NCBI RefSeq assembly: GCF_009914755.1
Contig: NC_060932.1
Direction: 5' to 3' (one strand)
Source: the human T2T-CHM13v2.0 reference genome, Homo sapiens
Length of the DNA: 64,000 nt
The notes below the pieces were generated by a model. The model was not told the DNA's origin. It was given only the letters and a program-made list of their open reading frames with translations, and searched no databases. This document shows positions 14,517 through 27,808 of the stretch, one piece after another. Positions within the stretch are counted from its first letter, which is position 1. Every line of letters starts with the position of its first letter. Position numbers and translations under genes: made by a program.

Positions 14517-17500
14517 AGCAAATCTGTGTATCCACTTACACTTGTGCACGTATAAGTATGGATAGCAATGTGTATGAGCACACGTGTTTACATGTATGTG
14601 CATTTTTGAGTATGTATTTGTGTATGTGTGTATACGTAAATAAACGTAATATATACAAGAGGAAACAGTGAGTGTATAAGGATTGCAACTTCTGTAGATG
14701 TACAGACATGTGGATAATTTCTGCTTTCATTCCCTAGCAGCCATGGGATCTCGGGAAACTAAAGTACTGCAGTTAACTACTTCACTTTCTCTACGTGATA
14801 ATAATAGATCACCTTATTTCACTTAGACAATTTCCGTGAAGATTTCCTAAGAAAAGACATGAATAAAGTCTTTGCCAATTGTTATGAAAAATTGTGTCCT
14901 ATCTGTACAATTGCCTTACACTATGGAGAAAAGTTCTATACAAAGCAAGTAGTGATTCTAGTTAATAAATACCGGAGTCACTGTTTTGATTCAGAGCTGC
15001 TGCTTTCTATCCAAAGAAAGGTTGGATTATGTACAAAACTTCTATTTTCCGAAAGCTACTGGATCATAAAGAATACAATTAACTTCCGAAAAACCTTGTT
15101 TTACTTATAAAATGAACTAAAAAGTCAACCTAAATTATTGTATATAATTCATAAAAGCTAGATTTTAAAAATATAACCAATATTTAAATTATTGAAGTCC
15201 ATGTATGATTTCCCAAATATTTTAGAAAACATTTGAAATTATATTCATAATAAACACGTGCATTAAAATTGATATTTAGACTTTAGAACCAAAATAATGA
15301 ACATTTTGAGTCTAAGAGTTTTGATAATAGATGCACGCATTTCCAACATTTAGCTTACGTTTTTACTAATAAGGGCAACTATTATAAAATAGAAGAATTC
15401 CTTTTTAAAATCTAAAGAGAAAAATATATAAAGTACATCAGAGAGAGAGGCTCTTTGGGGAACAATTTTTAGATGACCGTGTATCACCCAGTCCGTATAT
15501 TTTCTTCAATGTCCTCAAGTCTAATATGTGTCAGCCTTTGTCTCATGTCAATTTTCTGACTTCCTAGATGTTTTTCTTAAAACATAGGTCAGCTTGATGA
15601 CAAAGTAATATTTTTTAATACTTGAGATTTTGATAAAAGAAGAAACATTACACAAATAAAATTTATAGACATAGTACTTCAAAACTGGGCATATCTAGGA
15701 ATTTTAATAGTAATCTTATTATAAACTATGTGTAATCCTAATAGTTTCTGTTATTAATTTGTCAAAGACAGCTATGCAACTATGTTGGTTCACAATTAAG
15801 ACTAATGTCCAAGTATAGAACTAGCAAGTAAAATCTTACAACACTGAATTAAGTTACTACCTTCAATTTTATTCTATATTTAGCAGTTAAAATGTGTTAA
15901 TTTGAATATATACACTTAATTGCTGAGACTTGCTGAGGTCTATATTCAGAAAGTCAAATACTGTAAATAATCAATGTTAGTATAAAATTTATCAGTGTTC
16001 CCACTGGATTTCCAGAGTTAAATTCAATGACTGAACACGTTGATTACACTATTTTAATTTGTTTCTATTCTCATTATGTAGCTTAATAGTTCCATGTGTG
16101 AATAATAGTTTATGTAAATAAAGCCTATTCCAAAGTACTGCCAGACAACAGTTGAGTTTGGTGTCCGGATTATGTTTATTCCCAAGGTTATCATGTTTAC
16201 ATAGATCTTAGAACTTTGGAAGATTTTTCTCCTTTCAAGCCAATACATTTCAATTAAAATTTTATGCAGCAGTCTGTTAATACTACCACAATTCCATGTT
16301 TTAGTTAAATAAAAAAACATGAATTTATTATAATATGAAAGTTCATTTTATATCTAAATCCAGTTGCCTTTATACGTCTTGGATTATACATCAGTATTTT
16401 ATTCTATTATTTGACTCATACCAATTACTTGGTGGGTCAAATAACAGGATCCGTGGGCAGTCTCTCCAAAATAAAAACTAATGGGAAAAGAGGAAATCTG
16501 AGGTATCAGAAAGAGAATTTTGTGACTCTAAATCAACTTGAAACATTTTTCTAACTATTATCATTAATTCTACTTCATATACATATATATACATGTACAA
16601 ATTGGTGTATTTGCTTATTTTATGCACTCTTAATAAATTCTGACCTTTTCCCATGACATTGCCTTGGAAAGTAATAGTTGTCTAAAGTTTATGTGTAAAG
16701 TATTTGGTACTTGCAATAAATATTGCTATAAAAGCTCTCTTCTACTCTAGATTATCTTACCTTACTCTTCCACTTAAGACTATAATTGATAATTTTTCTC
16801 CAAATAACGCACACTCATTTTTGCAGGAGACCTGGAAGCTAACTGATAAATAGTTTTAAACACACACATACTAAATACTAGATACAATTTTGGTTTAGCC
16901 AACAAAGCACCTTTTTGACAGGTTTTTTTCTTTTAAATAGAGGTTTGTCTTCACTTGTCAACATCAGACTATAATATCACCATTTCAAATCGAAATACCA
17001 CAAAATCATTTTCTACATAGCCACATTAAAAAATAAATCCAAGTTACTCAACTTATGGCCCTATTCCATTTTCTAGAAAGTTTTTCAGTTGATCTTTTGG
17101 AGTAACAAAGAAATATTTTTCCAACATAGACAATCTTGCCCTATTTTCTTCATTATACCATCATGACCACCAGTAAACCCAGAAATAGCCCAGAAATATT
17201 TGATAGAATTATTCATATAGTGATTTCTCAACAGCGATGGAGTTTTCACAACATTAATTTTGGGAATCTAACAAGACCACCTTTTCAGCTATCAACTTCA
17301 TCAGGAGGGGAGAAAAAAATGCCAAGTTTTCTAAAATGTGGAAGCATTATCTATTTTCTGAACAAATATTGTATGTTAACAGGACAAAATATGCCTGGCA
17401 TATAGCTGGTATGGATTGCTTTAGAGATGCTTTTGTAATATTCTGCAAAAAATGAAATGATGTGAATTTAGAGTTTATATGAAGTGGTACATTGATATCA

Positions 17501-18744
17501 TCAATGATACAATCAAAACTGAAAGCTAATAACATCCACTGATCTTCAATTAGCCTGCTGCTTTCCAAAGATTAACTTATTTCCTTGATAGTAACGTACT
17601 TAAAGGTGATAGACCCTTTCCAGCCACTGACGCTGGCTTATGCACAAATGCGGTGGCATGAAAGACATCAGAGGCAGAATCGCAGACCATTCTCAGCATT
17701 ATTCCACACGTAACTTTAAGCGAAAGGATAAGTCGGTCCATTCCTATGTCTCTGCAAAGAGAACCTTCTACACTGTAATTTTCTGCTAATTTCACTACAG
17801 CCAGCCATTTGCACAAACCACGTGTATATTTTAACTTCCCACAAAATACGATTTTTGCCTAAATGCAGAGTATTCCCAGTAAGAATATATAATTTGTGAC
17901 TTAGTAGCAAATGACATCCCAAGTAAACAGTGTGTGTTGTAAATAGGAATTGGTTTACACCCCTAACGATAGATTGCTTTTTAAATTTACAGACTCCAGA
18001 GTTTCTGTTACAGACAGTAGCTCTTGTATTACGTGTAAAAGGCAATTTAAAATCTCCATGCAAAACAAAAGTAGACACACATCGGCCTTTAAAGTATTAA
18101 CTAGTTCAATTTCTTAAAACCTAATACTTGAAATGATAATTTCCTTTTCCAAAGTTCTATCTCTGCATTTAAAAAAAATTTCTGCCAAAAGCCGTTTTAA
18201 TAATGATAGCAATACCTCAAAGGTATCTAGGCACAAAATCTGAAGACATGAAAACAAATAAGTCTCTATGCCTTGCATGATCAAACAACAGTAAAAGCAA
18301 ATTAATTTTCTCTCTTAAAAATTTCAGCTTTGACAACAAAAGCTCATTTAATGAAATTTCCTTTACTCAAGCACTATCAGTATAATTGTCCAACCAAAAA
18401 TTTAATGAAACTCTTCTGCATTAAAAATGAACTCTTTACCACATAAGAGGGCTATTAGTTTATAGTCAAATTTCTCAAAACTTATTCGCTACAAATTAAC
18501 CAAAACAAAACCCCAAGAAGAAAAGTTCTAGTGATAAGAAGAAAATTGTGAACACGTTTTGGGCTGGAAAGTTTGGCGATTATAACAGTGTTACCAAATG
18601 CCATTGCATTACACAGAAGCCAAATGTCTACACCACGGAACGACCTGCGACATAGCAGCCTAGTTTGTCATTATTAATCCAGTGTAGCATGTATTAGATC
18701 ATTTGGACAGTGAATGCATGTGCAAAACACAACCAATCTCCTAC

Positions 18745-18857
18745 CTTCATATAATGCTTTGAAACCTTGGGCACTCACAGCGAAGTCTGTCGTGAACCAC
18801 AGAGTGAGGATAGATCCTGTACTCACTATAGAGGAGGGCAGCTGAAATCCCGATAAT
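18745..18857 (-). CDS. CSMD1: CSMD1 (CUB and Sushi multiple domains 1) internal coding exon, probably exon 3; C-terminal half of CUB domain 1
   Basis: Translation LSGFQLPSSIVSTGSILTLWFTTDFAVSAQGFKALYE matches my recall of human CSMD1 aa ~101-138, including the CUB end motif FxxDxxxxxxGFxxxY. Acceptor ...ctctctttgtgtcttgtcttttaaatttAG|A (AG = plus ct 18858-18859); donor GAAG|GTAGGA (plus ctac 18741-18744). 113 nt, phase 2 to phase 1. Confidence 0.96.
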
Positions 18858-18895
18858 CTAAATTTAAAAGACAAGACACAAAGAGAGTTAAAAGC
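18858..18895 (-). promoter_or_regulatory. 3' splice acceptor region of the CSMD1 exon (branch point, pyrimidine tract, AG)
   Basis: Minus strand CTTTTAAC (candidate branch A at 18888, ~31 nt upstream of the exon), then a T/C-rich tract with no intervening AG, ending TTTAG. Confidence 0.75.
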
Positions 18896-19159
18896 ATGAA
18901 TTTGTCAAAAAAAGCTTATTTGATGAAGTCACTGAATAACTTGAACAGTGGTATATTCACTTGAAATATGGCATTAAACACTTAGATAATCCATACACAT
19001 AGCTTTGGTTGTTAAGTATTTGAAATTAAACATTTTCAAGTATGAGAATATGTTTATTTAAATAACTTGAGAGAATTTCTTCTTGAAAATACTTACTTAT
19101 ATAATATGCCATTGTCTTAAATGCTCCTCGTTTTTGGATGGCAATTATCTACTGCCAAC

Positions 19160-19310
19160 TTTTTTTTTTATTTGAATTTTTAAGTTATAGGGTACATGTG
19201 CAATATGTGCAGGTTTATTAGGTAGGTGAAGGTGCGTCATGGTGGTTTGCTGCACCTCTCAACCCATCACGTCGGTATGAAGCCCAGCATGCATTATCTA
19301 TTTTTCCTAA
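19160..19310 (-). mobile_element. L1PA 3'-end fragment (5'-truncated)
   Basis: ttttaagttatagggtacatgtgcaatatgtgcaggttt...catggtggtttgctgcacc...gcatgcattatctatttttcctaat with T-tail. Confidence 0.9.
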
Positions 19311-20079
19311 TTCACTATTTTTAATTTTTTTCTAATAAAAAATATGACAGGTAAAGCATGTGAATGTGTGTATAAACATTTGTGCACTCAACCATGAAAG
19401 TATTGCAAAACCACTGAGTTGGTCGTGAAACAATCTGTGTTTCAGTTGGATTCCAAGCTGTGCTCTTAGGAAAAGTGAGTGAGATGGTCAGGATAGCAAA
19501 GGCCCCGTGCAATAGGCTGTGAGCCGTCTAGAGGGCAAACCAATGCTGACACAGCTCTGTGATCCACAATAGGACTCCCAACATAAGAATGCTGAGAATA
19601 CCCACATTCTGGTAAGTAGCTTATTTTTTATGTTATAAAATCCACAAACTCCTGTGCTGTGAAGCCTGGTCTGTCCTCTTTCACCCTCCTAGGAGCCCTC
19701 CTCCCTCCCTGTCTTTTGGTTTATCACCTTTCTTATCTGGTACAATTCACGGGGATCTTCAACTCTCAAATTGTATTCATCTTTGTAAACTGCAGTATCT
19801 GCTGTCTGCTTTTATTTTTTAATTCAGTCCCCTTAAAGAGACTCATTTGTTCATTTTTTCCCATTGGATGCCAATCCAAACAACTTTCAGACAGTGCATT
19901 CACATGAAGGAGTAAATGACTGATGAATGGAAAAAGAAACCATTGTCATACCAGAAGACACTGCTTTGTACTTTATGTGTTAGCGAACGCAATACAGAAG
20001 ACAAGTCAGTGAAGCAAACGTTGCTTTAAGAAAGGAAAAACAAAAAACAAAAAACAGTGAGTTTAAATTCTCCTGTGAC

Positions 20080-23000
20080 TGAAGACCAGCAAGAATACAG
20101 AACTCATCAACCCTATATAACAGTATTTAATCAATATTTATAGTACACTTTACCCAGCAAGAACAGAGTACACATTTCTTTCAGGTGCCCACAGAACATA
20201 TACCAAGATAAACCATATTCGAGTCCATAAAACAACCCTCAAACTATATAAAATAACTGAAATCATATAGCGTGTGTTCTCTGACCACACAGTGGAATCA
20301 AATTAGAAATCAGTAAGATAAAAATGACAGAAAAATATCTAATTACTTGGAAAATAAACAACACACTTCTAAATAATCCAGGGGCCAAAGAGAAAGTCTC
20401 AAGGAAAATAAAAATACAGATAAACTGAATGAAAATATAAAATACAACATATTAAACTTTGTAAGACTCAGCTAAGCAGTGCTGAGAAGGTAATTAGTCG
20501 CACTAAAAACACAGCTTAGAAAAACTCCCAAATCCCTAATCCAAATTCTTATTGCAAGAACTATAAAAGAAAAAAACAAAAAAAACTAAAGCAAACAGAA
20601 AGCAAAAAACAGGAAAAGTACAGAAATCAATAAAATTGAAAGAAAAAAGAACAAATAATGAAAGAGCCAGTTCTTTGGGAAAATAAAATTGAAAAAGACT
20701 GACTAAATAATTGGGAGTTTCAGAAGGTACAAAGAGTCACTGTCATTAAACATCAAATATTACTATGAACTCAGAATTCATCATAAAGATAATAAAAGTT
20801 ACTACAGAAACTACATATGTAAAATTGGCAACTAAGACAATATGGGTCACTAACTCAAACAAATGAACTATTACAACTAACCAATGAAAAAATACATAAT
20901 GTGAATTATCCTATAGCTATTAAAACTTTCCCCAAATTTCCAGTTCCAAATGTTCCCACTGGAGAATTCTACATTTAAATAATTAACACCAGTCGTACAC
21001 ACTTTAAAGAATTAACACTAATTCTACACAGTCTCTTCCAGAAAGTGTAAGTGGATAGAATGCTTTTGTAGTAATTTTGTGGCATTGACACTACCCTTTC
21101 CCTTATGGGCTGAATTATGCTCCTCCCACCAATTCATATACTGAAGCCCCAACCCCCAACATAACTAGATTTGGAAATGGGGCTTTACAGAGGTAATTAT
21201 AGTTAAATGATGTCAAATAATTCGGACTCTGATCCCATAGGGTAAGCATACGGTAAAAATAAGAAAAGAGAAGGATTCCTTTCTCCCTGGACACATACTG
21301 AGAAAAGACCATGTGAGCATGGAACAGGAAGGATGCTGTCTACAAGTCAGGAAGAGAGCCCTCACCAGGAACTGACTATTCTGGACCCTGATCTCAGACT
21401 TTCAGACTCCAGAACTGTGAAAAAATAAACCTGTATTTCTTAATCCCTGGAACTTATAGTAGTTTGTTATGGCAGCCTAAAGAGACTAAGACACTCTAAT
21501 ATCAAAACCAGATAAACACAGAAAAAAGAAAAATAAAATAATGTCTCTCATGCATATAGATGCAAAAATCCTTAACCAAGTAAGAGAAAATAGAAATAGG
21601 CAAGATACGAATTATACACGATGATCAAATGGTGTTTATTAGAGGAATGTTAGAAAGGTCCAATCTTTGAAAATTAATCCATATAATCTGCAATATTAAT
21701 GGGCTAACAAAGTAAAATCACAAGATCATAGTAATCTATGTAGAAAAAAACATTTGACAATAATAATCATTGAACATGAGAAAAGTTCTCAGTAACATAT
21801 GATTGGAAGGAATCTTCTCCAACTTGACAAAGAATATCTCTACAAAAATAAAAAAAATTTAAAAAAGCCTAAAGATAACATTTTGCTTAGTGGTTGAAGA
21901 CTGAATGCTTCTGCCTAAGACTGGAAACAAGTCAAGAAATTTGAACAAGTCAAGAATGCTTTGAACATTCTTATTCAATATCGTGCTGGAATATCCTGCA
22001 AATACAATAATACAAGAAAAGAAAATATATGCGTATGGGTCAGATAGGAATAAATAAAATTACTACTATTTGAAGTTGGCATGATGATCTTTATAGAAAA
22101 TGCCAAGGAATCTACAAGAAAATTTGTAGAGCTAATACTTGATATCATCAAACGTGCAAGGCACATAATGAACATACAAAAATCTATTGTAGTTCTACAT
22201 ACTAGCAATGAACACGTTGACATCAAAATCTGAAATACATCAATCACAACAGCTCAAAGAAAAGCTTCTGTATAAATACAATAAGATAAGCCCAACAGTG
22301 TATACAGAAAAGTACACAACACTGAAGAAAAAGTTCAAAGAAATGCTAAATAAATGGACAGATATACCATGTTAATAGTATGGAAGATGGAAGACTCAAT
22401 AATGTAAAGATATAGGTTACTTCCAAACTGATACACAGGTTTTACACAATTTCCACCAAAATCCCAGCAAGAATTTTTGGGTATATAGCAAGATCTTTCT
22501 AAAATTTATGTGGGAAGGCAAACAAACAAAAAAAAAATAGAATAGCTCAAACATTTTGCGAGAGAAGAATAAAGCAGGAGAAACAGTTCACCTGATTCCA
22601 AGACTTATTTTATATCTACAACGGTTAAGACTATTTGGTATCGGCAGATTGGCAAAGACATAAACCCGTATGTCAATGGATCAGAACAAAGAACCCAAAA
22701 ATAAACCTGAACAAATATCTCCAATTTATTTTCAACAGATTCAAAAGAAATTGCATAGAATAAACCAACAAATTATGATGGATCAATTGGATGTCCATAG
22801 CAAATAGTAAGTTTAACACCTTATATAAAAATTACCTCAATGTGGATTACAAATATAAATGTAAAATGTAAAGCAATTAGACTCTTAGGAAAAAAATAGG
22901 GGAAAGGCTTTTGAGTCTAGGGCTAGACAGAGTTTCTATGCTTGACACCAAAATTACAAACCAGAAAAAGATAAGTTAATAAATTGGATTTCATAAAAAT

Positions 23001-23710
23001 TAAAAACTTTGGCTGCAAAAGACCGCATTAAGAGAATAAAAGTGTATGCTGCAGACTGGGAAAACACATTCGCAAGCCAAATATCTGACAAAAGACAAGT
23101 ATCTAGAATATACCATGAACTCTCCAGACTCAACAACAAAAGGCAAACAATCCAATTAGAAAATAGGCAACAAGCAGAAAAGTCAGGTGACCTAAAGGAC
23201 ATCCAGACGGCAAATAAGCCCACGAATATTTACTCTACATCAACAGACATCAGAGGAATGCAAATTAAAACCACAGAGAAATACCGCACATGATATTTCA
23301 GCCAATCAGAATAGCTGAAATAAAAATAAATAATGACAACATCACATGCTGGCTAGAACGTGGAGAAAATTGGTTGCTCTTATACTGCTGGTGGAAATAT
23401 AAAATGGTACAGCCATTTTCTGTAGAAAACAGAAAACTTCCGAAGAAGTTTGACATTTCCTTTAAAAACGAAACACGTAACTGCCATGTGACCAAACAAT
23501 TGTTCTTCTCTGCATTTGCCCTAGAAATGCTCATGATGGGAAACTGTCCCTATCTTCACCATAATGCATCAATATTCGGTTGTGTAATTATTATACCATA
23601 GTTTTGCCGGTGGTTTCCACTTGAGAAACTGGTATACAGTACACAGAAACTCTTTGTATAATTTCTTTTAACTACATGTGAATCTATAATGATCTCACAT
23701 TAAATAATTA
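20080..23710 (+). mobile_element. Old L1 (L1MC/MD-like): ORF2 remnant plus 3' UTR, interrupted by MLT1
   Basis: A-rich L1 ORF2 remnants, e.g. ORF 23009-23293 WENTFASQISDKRQVSRIYHEL...IRGMQIKTT; 3' end catgtgaatctataatgatctc. Confidence 0.9.
21101..21493 (+). mobile_element. MLT1 (MLT1A/B-like) MaLR solo LTR inserted in L1
   Basis: ttatgggctgaattatgctcc...ccagaactgtgaaaaaataaac...ttgttatggcagcctaaagagactaagaca; L1 resumes in register (ctaccct | ctaatatcaaaaccaga). Confidence 0.88.
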
Positions 23711-25119
23711 AATACATTGGAAAGGTTGAGACTGAGAGGTACTCAAGAACATATTAAGATTAAAATAATCTAGTAACCAAAATAATGCTATTTAATAACA
23801 AAACATTAAATTCTAAAAGTAAGTTGAACAAAAACTATTGAGGATAATTTAGTAATTGCCCATCTTGAAGTTTTACATATATATTCGCATAAGTTAGGTA
23901 CAAAATAATGTGATAGCACTTAATTAAATACAATTTCATGTCCCTTTAAATTATTAAGTTTTATAAAAAATTGTGATTACGAAGGGGTGTGGTCAAATGA
24001 TATTAGTTCAGGAAGTAGGAACAAGATACTAAGGGATTTTTAAAACGAGTGTCATAAGACTACTGTTCAGAGGTTTGGGGTAATTTAATATGGACGTATG
24101 TAGGGAAAATATATGCATGTGATCTGATTTCAAATAGCTGCAATGAAATGGATTCATTCTTATTTGTGTGCCAAAAAAAAAAAAAAAAAATAGAGTCCAA
24201 CATTAGTTGACAGGGATGCGGAAGGATGAGTGGATCCAATTGATCATAAAGAGCTTTCAAGAGCTAAATTTGTGATTAAATGTTTATAGCCATTTACTCC
24301 ACACTGGCTGCGAGTAAGGAATCTTATAAGGAGCTGGCAAGACTCACTCCTTGGTGGCTCACAAATGTGCTCCTGAAGACATGAAAGTACTTCTGTGAGT
24401 ATCCTTTCCATGAGGGCCCTTGCGATACATTTTATTCTTGTCTGCCTCACTTTGAGGAATCCCTGCTTCTTATAAGCAACTGGCTTATTTTCAACACATA
24501 GTAAATTACGAAACATTTTGAAGTAAAATGGATTTTGAAGTAAATCCCAATAATCCACACAGGTGTCTTGCAGTAGCAAGTCTTCCTTCTGTCATTCATA
24601 TTTGATGGTCCAGGGTAGTACGGGAATATTTTAGTATATGCAACGTTACTGATAAACTTTGAATATTTCAACAAAATATGACATATGTTACTCCCTATCG
24701 TAATTTTTTAGTGTTTTACAAAAAATACAAGCATGCTAAAGTATCTTCATTTTAGAGAGGTAGACATAGCCCAAAATTAAAGAGGTATACATTAAACATT
24801 TTAAAATGTGTTTTCCAAATCTCCAAGGGATTATGAAATTTTACTGAAGAAAACTGGCCATAAATAAAAGGAATTATTTTGAAAAAAAAAAAAATCTTAT
24901 CGCCTATGGATGTGACAGAGAGACTGACATTAATTTCCAGACAGCATATACAGAGGCTAGGTAATCAGGAAATAGACTGGAATCTGTGAATTAAGAAGCC
25001 TTTTATCTATAGTTACCGGACAAGTTTTCCAGTAAAATAACTTATTTTTTATAAGTTATTCCAATTTCTGTTCTAGAATTCATCCAAAATTTGTTGTAGA
25101 TATAAAAAGTTTTTTTAAT

Positions 25120-25652
25120 TATGTAGTATATAGCATATAATTTTGAAAATCCTTTTTATATATTTTGTATGTAGTATATATAGTAAACCTTTTTATATAC
25201 TATATATACAATATCATAAACATATACTATATAGAGCATATATAGTAAACATACAGACTACAGTTTATATATATGACATATATAGTAAAGTTTTTATATA
25301 TTTTATAAAGACTGTAGTATTTTATACTGTATAATATATAGGATATTTACTATAGTATAGTATGTATACACAGTATGTGCAGTATAGTATATATACTATA
25401 AATTATATTCTTTACTATATAATATAATATAGTAATATTTTGTTATTCATATTTTATAGTAATATTTTATTATATAATATAGTAATATTTTTATTATATA
25501 ATACAGTAATATTTTATTACTATATACATTTATTATACAATATAGTAATATAGTAATATTTTATATTACAATACAGATGATATTATATAATATAGCAATA
25601 TAGTACGTAATATTACATGATACATAGTATACTATATTATGTACTATATTAT
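25120..25652. repeat. AT-rich degenerate tandem repeat (TATAG / ATAGTAATATTTT units)
   Basis: Repeated atagtaatattttattatata-like units. Confidence 0.85.
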
Positions 25653-26286
25653 AGCAGAATTCAAAAGTGGGAAGGGGTATTAGTATCAGATGTCAGGTGT
25701 TTCAGCTTTTTATTTTATATAGAAGAGAAATTATGGTAGAAGTATTCGGTCACTGGATAAGGCTTGCCTGGTCTAGGGATGGGGACAATTTAGATATCAA
25801 GAAGTGATCAGTGATCATGTCCCCACGAGAACTGGTGTAGACGGAACAGCCCCAGAGAGCTTGGGAGATCAAAGAGCACAGGTGGCTGTGGCTCCTGGGA
25901 GGTCACCATCCTTATAGAAAGCCTCTCCTACCAGGTAGGGGTGGTGAGGACAGAATCTACACAATGGATAAGTCCAGATGGGTGTGCAGGGACCATCTAA
26001 CGATTCCTGAGCCCAAGAGAGGCACACGCCGTGCCCTGAATGGTCCTCAGTCCAAGAGATCACTTGAGTTATGTGGCCTCGGTGAGCAGGACTTGGTACT
26101 GTTGACAAAATACTGGATGCAGTGAGTTACATGTCAAACTGTGTCAGGACACGGCAGAGGGTGATCTGGAACCAGGTGCTTTATCAACCCCTAGGTACCT
26201 TGGGGTCATAGAACTCTCTTGGACTTAGATACCATCCGGGGAAGATGCAATCAAGCAGGCAAAGTTCAGAAGAGACTTAATCAAAT

Positions 26287-26307
26287 ACACACACACACAC
26301 ACACACA
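26287..26307. repeat. (CA)n microsatellite
   Basis: About 10 AC units. Confidence 0.9.
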
Positions 26308-27512
26308 TGCACGCTCAAACACACACAGTGAATCATGTGAGTATATATACATCTTACCAGATTAAAATGTCCGCCATCATTTGGAGAGAGACTCGAAGTA
26401 AAAATTATTGTAAATTCCATGTAATAATTACATTATTTTTATACATTAACTTTTGGCCTCAGAAAATAGTACCTATTACATTTATGTATTTTTCTGTTCT
26501 ATTCAGCATATCACTAATTTGAAACTATTAATATAAAGTATATAAATCTCTCAATAGAAACTTCAATTACAGATTTTTATCACAATGTATAACCCATACA
26601 AATATATGCATGTTTAAGCTATTGAATAATTCTTTTTCTTAAAACCCTGTTGAATTTTAAACTCAGGGATCACTACTTAATATAATGTCTCTAGGCCACA
26701 GACTGCCCTTTATTTAAGGCACTTTATTTAAAGTTATGTTTTCAAATGTTTTTCTGACTCCTTGCTGTGACACCTCATTGGCCCAGTAGTAAAGATATTC
26801 CAAGTAGCTACTGTACTTGAAGCCTTTCATTGCTATTGTTAAGACATGAAGGTTACATGTCTCGTTTTCATATCAGACAGTATCAAGAGTGAATGTGATA
26901 CATCTCTGATGCCTGTTTTCCTCCTCTCCAAAGCACCCACCACATCTATGTGAATCTGGCTTCACTTAAAAGGAAAACAAACCCATGTTCACTTGTACTG
27001 TGTCCACTGAACCACACATTCTAAACACAAGACAACTAGGAGACTATCAACTTGATACAAGGAAAATCAGGACAGCTTGTACCAAGACAACTACTTCACA
27101 TCTAACGAGTCCCAACACCTTTCTCTATCATCTAGTACCTACTAGGGATTAAAAGTAATTCTAGGTAGCTTGTTATCTTCCTTGTAAGCTGTAGTTCAAT
27201 AGGAATACCTAAATGATTTGCTAATGCAATATGGAAATGGTTTTTCACATTAATTTCTGGAGTAAAAAGGCTGCATGCCTGGCATATGTGTATCTCTCTC
27301 TACATGTCAGAGCAGGTATACACACAGAAGTATGTTAACATGTATTTTCCTACAATAAAGTTGCAACTTACCTTATGACACTTTCAGTAATACTAGATGT
27401 GCTCAAGTTCCTTTAGGAAACACGGAAACTACAGAACTTTTAGGGCTTATTAAAATAGCTGATAATGTCATATTAATAATCCAGGGTTCATTTTAAATTT
27501 GGTTATTTTGTG

Positions 27513-27808
27513 TATTATTTATTTATTTATTGAGAAGGAGTCTAGCTTTGTCGCCCAGGCTGGAGTGCAGTGGCGTGATCTTGGCTCACTGCAACCTCCA
27601 CCTCCCAGGTTGAAGGATTCTCCTGCCTCAGCCTCCTGAGTATCTGGGATTACAGGCACCACCGCGTCCAGCTAATTTTTGCATTTTTAACAGAGACAGG
27701 GTTTCACCATTTGGCCAGGCTGGTCTCAGATTCCTGACTTGAAGTGATCCACCTGCCTCATCCTCCCAAAGTGCTGGGAATATAGGCATAAGGCACTGCA
27801 CGTCGGCC
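27513..27808 (-). mobile_element. Alu (AluSx/Sz-like)
   Basis: Full dimer with (TTTA)n tail on plus. Confidence 0.95.

Noticed and set aside
18858-18874. N-terminal 'MSFKF' of ORF 18674-18874
   Set aside because: It is translated intron (pyrimidine tract and acceptor), not a real start.
19400-19880. Possible old LTR remnants here and at ~25830-26220 and ~55400-55740
   Set aside because: LTR-like composition, but I could not match a family with confidence.
20970-21970. Small tandem duplications inside L1 (tttaaataattaacacc at ~20974; aacaagtcaagaa at ~21926)
   Set aside because: Ordinary slippage in neutral repeat DNA.
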